Of a DNA stretch of 64,000 nt, positions 59,535 to 64,000 are shown one piece after another. Source of the DNA: Candidatus Nomurabacteria bacterium GW2011_GWD2_36_14 (GTDB lineage: Bacteria; Patescibacteriota; Minisyncoccia; Phycocordibacterales; UBA9973); contig LBRL01000001.1 in the NCBI GenBank assembly GCA_000991405.1, forward strand, positions 145,547 to 209,546, given 5' to 3'. Under the pieces are notes generated by a model that saw only the letters and a list, made by a program, of their open reading frames with translations, searched no databases and had not been told where the DNA came from. Position 1 is the stretch's first letter. Each line of letters opens with the position of its first letter. A program made the translations under genes and the position numbers.

Positions 59535-60509
59535 TTACTTTAGTGTTATACCATATTCTCCAAGAACTTTCTTAATCTCTTGAATACCTTTATCTCCGAT
59601 ACCATCGATCTCTAGCAAGTCCTCCTTCTTCTTCCTAGCTATACCTCCGATAGTGCGAATGTTGGCGTCTGTCAATGCATTGAGTGTTCGAGTTGAAAGT
59701 GTAAGAGTATCAATACGAGTCTTAAGGATGTCTGTAAATTCGTTGCCTTCACCCTTTTCTTCATTTGATTCTTTGACTGACTTTTGTTCTACTTCTTCAA
59801 TTGGTAGAGACTTGTTCATAACTGTAAAGCCAATGATTGCCTGAAGCTGTTCTACCATGATAACGATAGCCTTCTCGAGTGCTTCACGTGGAGTAAGAGT
59901 ACCATCTGTCTCGATAGTCATACGTAGGCGGTTGTGGTTTGTCTTGTCTCCGACACGCATATTCTCAACTTCATAAGCAACACGACGAATAGGTGTGAAA
60001 ATGGCATCGAGAGATATAGTCCCGACGTCGTTCTTCTCCTTCTGGTGAACTTCCTTTGGTACGAATCCAAGACCCTTCTCTACTGTCATTTCTATAGAAA
60101 GATTAGCTTTAGATGTAAGTTCAGCAATATATAAATCTTTATTCAAAACTTCAACTTGACCCCCTGCTTCTATATCAGCTGCCGTAACTAGCTTTGGGCC
60201 TTTTACGGAAAGCTTTACAGTCTGAGGTTCATCTGTAAGTAAACGAAAACGAACTTGCTTTAAATGAAGCAAGATTGTAATAACATCCTCTTTTACTCCG
60301 TCTAAGACAGAGAATTCATGATCTGCTCCCTCAATCTTGAGAGTTGTAATAGCAGAACCTGATAATGATGAAAGGATTATACGGCGTAGAGAATTCCCTA
60401 GGGTGTGTCCATACCCAGGGTAAAGGCCATCTATTTCATAGACACCTTTTGTATCTACTTCTGAAACGATGGATAATTTGGATGGTAATATGATATTTAA
60501 ATCTGACAT
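59535..60509 (-). CDS. rpoA: RNA polymerase alpha subunit
   Basis: GYGHTLGNSLRRIILSS, HEFS..GVKEDV, DAIFTP, LSTRTLNAL. Confidence 0.98.
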   Translation of the reverse strand: MSDLNIILPSKLSIVSEVDTKGVYEIDGLYPGYGHTLGNSLRRIILSSLSGSAITTLKIEGADHEFSVLDGVKEDVITILLHLKQVRFRLLTDEPQTVKLSVKGPKLVTAADIEAGGQVEVLNKDLYIAELTSKANLSIEMTVEKGLGFVPKEVHQKEKNDVGTISLDAIFTPIRRVAYEVENMRVGDKTNHNRLRMTIETDGTLTPREALEKAIVIMVEQLQAIIGFTVMNKSLPIEEVEQKSVKESNEEKGEGNEFTDILKTRIDTLTLSTRTLNALTDANIRTIGGIARKKKEDLLEIDGIGDKGIQEIKKVLGEYGITLK

Positions 60510-60571
60510 ATTTTATTTACGAGTAAACTCGCAATAGATTATTTATTAAAATTAACCATACTTTACTAATA

Positions 60572-61180
60572 TTAACGACTATAAAATTCAAGCACTGTGT
60601 TTAGATCAAGGAAGCCTTCTATATTCTTTGGCTTACCAGCTATTGTTCCAGTCAAAGTTTCTGCATTCATGGTTACCCAATTTGGAAGTGTATATTCCTT
60701 CATCTTCTTGACCATGTCAGCAAAAAGTACGCTCTTCTGACTACCACCACGAACCGCAATGACGTCTCCAACTTTCACACGCAAGGATGGTACTGTCGTC
60801 TTCTTGCCGTTGACTGTAATGTGTCCGTGAGAAGTCATTTGACGAGAAAGTCTGCGAGTATGAGCAAGTCCCATTCTGTAAACTACGTTATCAAGTCTTG
60901 TTTCAAGTAATTCAAAAAGAGTTTCAGTGGCATGTGCACCCTTGGTAGCAACAGCTTCCTTGATATAGTTTGAAAATTGCTTCTCGCTGATACCATACAT
61001 AAAACGAACTTTCTGTTTCTCTACGAATTGAAGAGCATATCCAGAAAGCATTTTAGGCTTCTTATTCTTTGAATTTTTGGCATGACGAGCTTCGGAAGCA
61101 ACGAACTTGGCTGTCTGGCATTTTTCAAATACACCAGCACCCAATCTTCTACCTATTTTGTATTTTTTGACTGTTTTCAT
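60572..61180 (-). CDS. rpsD: 30S ribosomal protein S4
   Basis: EKQKVRFMYG, LETRLDNVVYRMG, EFYSR. Confidence 0.97.
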   Translation of the reverse strand: MKTVKKYKIGRRLGAGVFEKCQTAKFVASEARHAKNSKNKKPKMLSGYALQFVEKQKVRFMYGISEKQFSNYIKEAVATKGAHATETLFELLETRLDNVVYRMGLAHTRRLSRQMTSHGHITVNGKKTTVPSLRVKVGDVIAVRGGSQKSVLFADMVKKMKEYTLPNWVTMNAETLTGTIAGKPKNIEGFLDLNTVLEFYSR

Positions 61181-61191
61181 AATTAAAAATT

Positions 61192-61641
61192 TTATACTCT
61201 TCTTGGCTTCTTTGGTTTAGGACCGTTGTGAGGAACTGGAGTGACATCTCTGACTTCTGATATTTCTATATCGTAAGCCATAAATGCACGGATAGTAGGC
61301 TCTCGTCCACTACCTACTCCCTTAACTTTTACATCAACTTCTTTGATTCCAAGTGCTTTTGCTTTCTCACCGACGATTGAACCGGCTTTTGAAGCTGCAA
61401 ATGGTGTACCCTTCTTGGCACCCTTAAATCCTAGAGATCCTGCTGAAGTCCAGAATAGTGTGTTGCCTTCTTTGTCAGAAAGAACCACCTTTGTGTTATT
61501 GAAAGTAGCTTCTACATGCAAAGTCCCTGCCACAACCTTCTTCTTTGGAATTTTGACTCCACTTTTAGGTGTTGCTAGGACTGTAGCATCCTCTGGTATT
61601 ACTTTTTCTTCTTCTTTAGTTATAATTTTTACTTTTCCCAT
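61192..61641 (-). CDS. rpsK: 30S ribosomal protein S11
   Basis: ATFNNT, GFKGAKKGTPFAA, DVTPVPHNG. Confidence 0.98.
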   Translation of the reverse strand: MGKVKIITKEEEKVIPEDATVLATPKSGVKIPKKKVVAGTLHVEATFNNTKVVLSDKEGNTLFWTSAGSLGFKGAKKGTPFAASKAGSIVGEKAKALGIKEVDVKVKGVGSGREPTIRAFMAYDIEISEVRDVTPVPHNGPKPKKPRRV

Positions 61642-61652
61642 ATGATTATAGA

Positions 61653-62033
61653 TTATGTTTTACTTTCTTTTCGGCGACCAGATGCCATTGTCTTACGTAC
61701 GTTACCTCGGATAGTTCTAGAATTTGTCTTTGTTCTCTGTCCGTTGACTGGTAAGCGACGCATATGTCTGACTCCTCTGTATGCCTTAATATCTTTTAAT
61801 CTTTTAACATTGGATGCGATTTCTCGTTTAAGTGTTCCTTCAATGGACATTGTCTCTATGACCTTACGGATAGCATTCTCTTCCTCGACAGATAGAGCAT
61901 CTGCTTTCATGTTGGGATCAATGCCAACTTCTTTCAAGATTTTGCGTGCACGAGAAATACCGATTCCAAAGAGAGCAGTAAGTCCGATATCTAAATGTTT
62001 ATTATTAGGGATTGTTATACCAAGAATTCTCAT
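61653..62033 (-). CDS. rpsM: 30S ribosomal protein S13
   Basis: FGIG, YRGVRH..LPVNGQRTKTN. Confidence 0.98.
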   Translation of the reverse strand: MRILGITIPNNKHLDIGLTALFGIGISRARKILKEVGIDPNMKADALSVEEENAIRKVIETMSIEGTLKREIASNVKRLKDIKAYRGVRHMRRLPVNGQRTKTNSRTIRGNVRKTMASGRRKESKT

Positions 62034-62039
62034 ATATGA

Positions 62040-62150
62040 TTATTGTTTTTGTTTATGTTTAGGATTAGTACAAATAACACGGAGATGACTTTCCCGTTTT
62101 ACCATCTTACATTTTGCACAAATTTTTTTTACTGCTGATTTGATTTTCAT
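62040..62150 (-). CDS. rpmJ: 50S ribosomal protein L36
   Basis: Not in ORF track. Manual translation [36 protein letters not shown]. Confidence 0.95.
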   Translation of the reverse strand: MKIKSAVKKICAKCKMVKRESHLRVICTNPKHKQKQ

Positions 62151-62250
62151 ATTTTACTTCATAAAACGAAAGAAAAATAAAGGGCAGAAACCCTATATTT
62201 ATAACTTTGGTGTTACCGAATTATACTACACTATTTAAATAAAAAAGCAA

Positions 62251-62321
62251 GCCCCCACACCTATATTTTTATTGCAGATATAATCTGCTGTTTACAACTA
62301 TTAAAATATAGGTGTGGGGGC
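62251..62321. repeat. CCCCACACC...GGTGTGGGG palindromic element, copy 1
   Basis: GCCCCCACACCTATATTTT...AAAATATAGGTGTGGGGGC with inner GCAGAT/ATCTGC hairpin. Confidence 0.8.
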
Positions 62322-62330
62322 AAGCCCTCT

Positions 62331-62546
62331 TTACCCTCTTTTAATAATTCTACCCTTACCACCATATGGATCAAGCAAAACTTCAACTCTATCGCCTAGC
62401 AAGACCTTGATCCTATGCATCCTCATCTTCCCAGACAAATAACTGATGATGATTTTACCACCACCTACATCTACTCGAAAGAGTGTATTGGGGAGGGCTT
62501 CCGTCACTATACCCATAACTGTATTGTTGTCGTCTCTTTGATTCAT
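62331..62546 (-). CDS. infA: Translation initiation factor IF-1
   Basis: EALPNTLFRV, SGKMR..IKVLLGDRV, GRII.R. Confidence 0.97.
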   Translation of the reverse strand: MNQRDDNNTVMGIVTEALPNTLFRVDVGGGKIIISYLSGKMRMHRIKVLLGDRVEVLLDPYGGKGRIIKRG

Positions 62547-62590
62547 TTCTAATGTGCTTTAATCATAACAAAAATTCTATTCTCCGTCAA

Positions 62591-62660
62591 CCTCCACACC
62601 CATATTTTTATAGTTTTCAACGCAGATTTTCAATCTGCAATAAAAATATAGGTGTGGGGG
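62591..62660. repeat. CCCCACACC...GGTGTGGGG palindromic element, copy 2 (inverted)
   Basis: Reverse complement begins CCCCCACACCTATATTTTTATTGCAGAT, identical to copy 1. Confidence 0.8.
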
Positions 62661-62665
62661 TCAAA

Positions 62666-64000
62666 TTATTTAAGAATTATATTTATATTTTTCTTATCTT
62701 CTGGGAGTTTCTTAGACCAAAATGGAATTATCTTCACACTAGCACTAACTATAGCAGGATCAAGCTTGAATATTTCGGCAACATTGTTCTTGTTCTTTGC
62801 GACAAGTTCTCCTTTCAAGGCCTCAATATCTGGCTTCCAATTGAGAGGTAGATTACCTGTAAGTTCAAAGTTAAAATTATTAATATCTTTACCTACTATC
62901 TGCTCTTTATCTGTGAAGTTGAAAGATAAATCTGAGAGGTTGGGCTGTTTTATTTCTTGTCTTTCTTTGTCTCCTATGTTTGGCAGTAATTTACGAATGA
63001 TTGAATCCGACAATTCACTTTCTTTGAATATATAAGCACTGAGCGACCCTTTCATTTCAACTTTTGTATCGGGAGTCTTTGAAGAGATGTTGTCGCCTAT
63101 ATCATAAGTAAAGTTCATAGCATCAGGATAAAGTATGTACCCAACTGGTACTTGAGCGGAAAGTTTACGAACAAGCTTCTCTTTAAAGTCGGCTGTCTTA
63201 AAGTTTAAACTGGACTTTTCTTTGTCATCCATTAGATACACTAGCCCAGCCATACCTCCTTCTATGGGAGTCTTGGCTTTACCATAAATCTTTTTAAATT
63301 TATCTGTTCCCTTGAAAGAATTTATAGTGAATAATTCTTTGTTGCTATTATAAGCCTCCCCAGGAAGAAAGGCCGTGATACCTACTACCACTTGGCCAGG
63401 TATGATCTTCTTTGAAGAATCCAACTTATAAGCTGGTATTGAGACTGTTTTATCTGTTTTGTATGATACGCCTTTGTCGTCAGACACAAATGAGCCAGCT
63501 GTAATCTTTTGAGCCTTGGTACTACTGTATTCATTGTATAAGGTTATTTGTCCCTTAGCTTTGATTGATACTTCCTTGGCATTCGTAAGTACAATATCCC
63601 TATATTCTTTGTCAGAAACAATTACAAGCTCAAATGGAACACTTGTGCTAGGCTTCCCTGCTGTAAATTTCAAATGCTTTAATTCAAAAGTTTGATCCTT
63701 GGCTACTACTGTCACATTGGCTCTTAAGAACACAGTGGAGAGTAAATAAAATGATCCAACTAGAAGAGAAAAGATGAATATATCTAATAAAGTTTTATTA
63801 AGTAGAGGTCTTTCCCTTGGCATGCGAGGATCTCCACTCATGCGTTTTATAGAAGATGTATTAATATTATTGTTTTTCTTTTTTAGAAAATCATACTTAG
63901 AAGAATCGTTCTCAAGGACAAAGTTTGACTTGGGTGTAGGGTTGTGGTTGTCTTCATCTTTGACGACAACATTTGGAATAACAACATCATCCTTCTGTGT
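62666..64000 (-). CDS. Hypothetical single-TM membrane protein (start beyond window end)
   Basis: Frame stays open from 63841 to the window end; TM helix followed by a large soluble domain with a KAKGQITLYN motif. Confidence 0.7.
   Translation of the reverse strand, partial: TQKDDVVIPNVVVKDEDNHNPTPKSNFVLENDSSKYDFLKKKNNNINTSSIKRMSGDPRMPRERPLLNKTLLDIFIFSLLVGSFYLLSTVFLRANVTVVAKDQTFELKHLKFTAGKPSTSVPFELVIVSDKEYRDIVLTNAKEVSIKAKGQITLYNEYSSTKAQKITAGSFVSDDKGVSYKTDKTVSIPAYKLDSSKKIIPGQVVVGITAFLPGEAYNSNKELFTINSFKGTDKFKKIYGKAKTPIEGGMAGLVYLMDDKEKSSLNFKTADFKEKLVRKLSAQVPVGYILYPDAMNFTYDIGDNISSKTPDTKVEMKGSLSAYIFKESELSDSIIRKLLPNIGDKERQEIKQPNLSDLSFNFTDKEQIVGKDINNFNFELTGNLPLNWKPDIEALKGELVAKNKNNVAEIFKLDPAIVSASVKIIPFWSKKLPEDKKNINIILK

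Noticed and set aside
62666-64000. Prophage baseplate gene
   Set aside because: Only a vague resemblance; it has a TM anchor and no phage genes are nearby.

Overview
64 kb of low-GC bacterial chromosome, standard genetic code, mostly minus-strand genes. Gene content and compaction suggest Patescibacteria/CPR, Parcubacteria-like (inference from short AtpH and L13, GAD-less AspRS, PaaX/Cas2-like regulator). Housekeeping content: full F-type ATP synthase operon, pentose-phosphate/glycolysis genes, mraY-ftsW-murG, scpAB, several aminoacyl-tRNA synthetases, dnaB-recR, grpE/dnaK/dnaJ, the alpha ribosomal operon, tRNA-Ile(GAT) and tRNA-Leu(TAA). An accessory block lies between cysS and dnaJ (41.1-53.5 kb). 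It holds a lone trpB under a Trp-Trp leader-peptide attenuator; a five-gene cassette (Rv1355c-type ThiF, Leu/Phe/Val-type amino-acid dehydrogenase, PaaK-like adenylating enzyme, nitroreductase, 7TM histidine kinase) that looks like an undescribed small-molecule synthesis-plus-sensing system; and an Arg-to-putrescine-to-homospermidine polyamine operon with an upstream peptide. Non-coding highlights: two families of dispersed covarying structured repeats, many REP-like palindromes (some apparently inserted in-frame in proteins), apparent leaderless promoters throughout, and an HNH gene overlapping a tRNA. All functional calls come from motif recognition by eye; no database searches were run.
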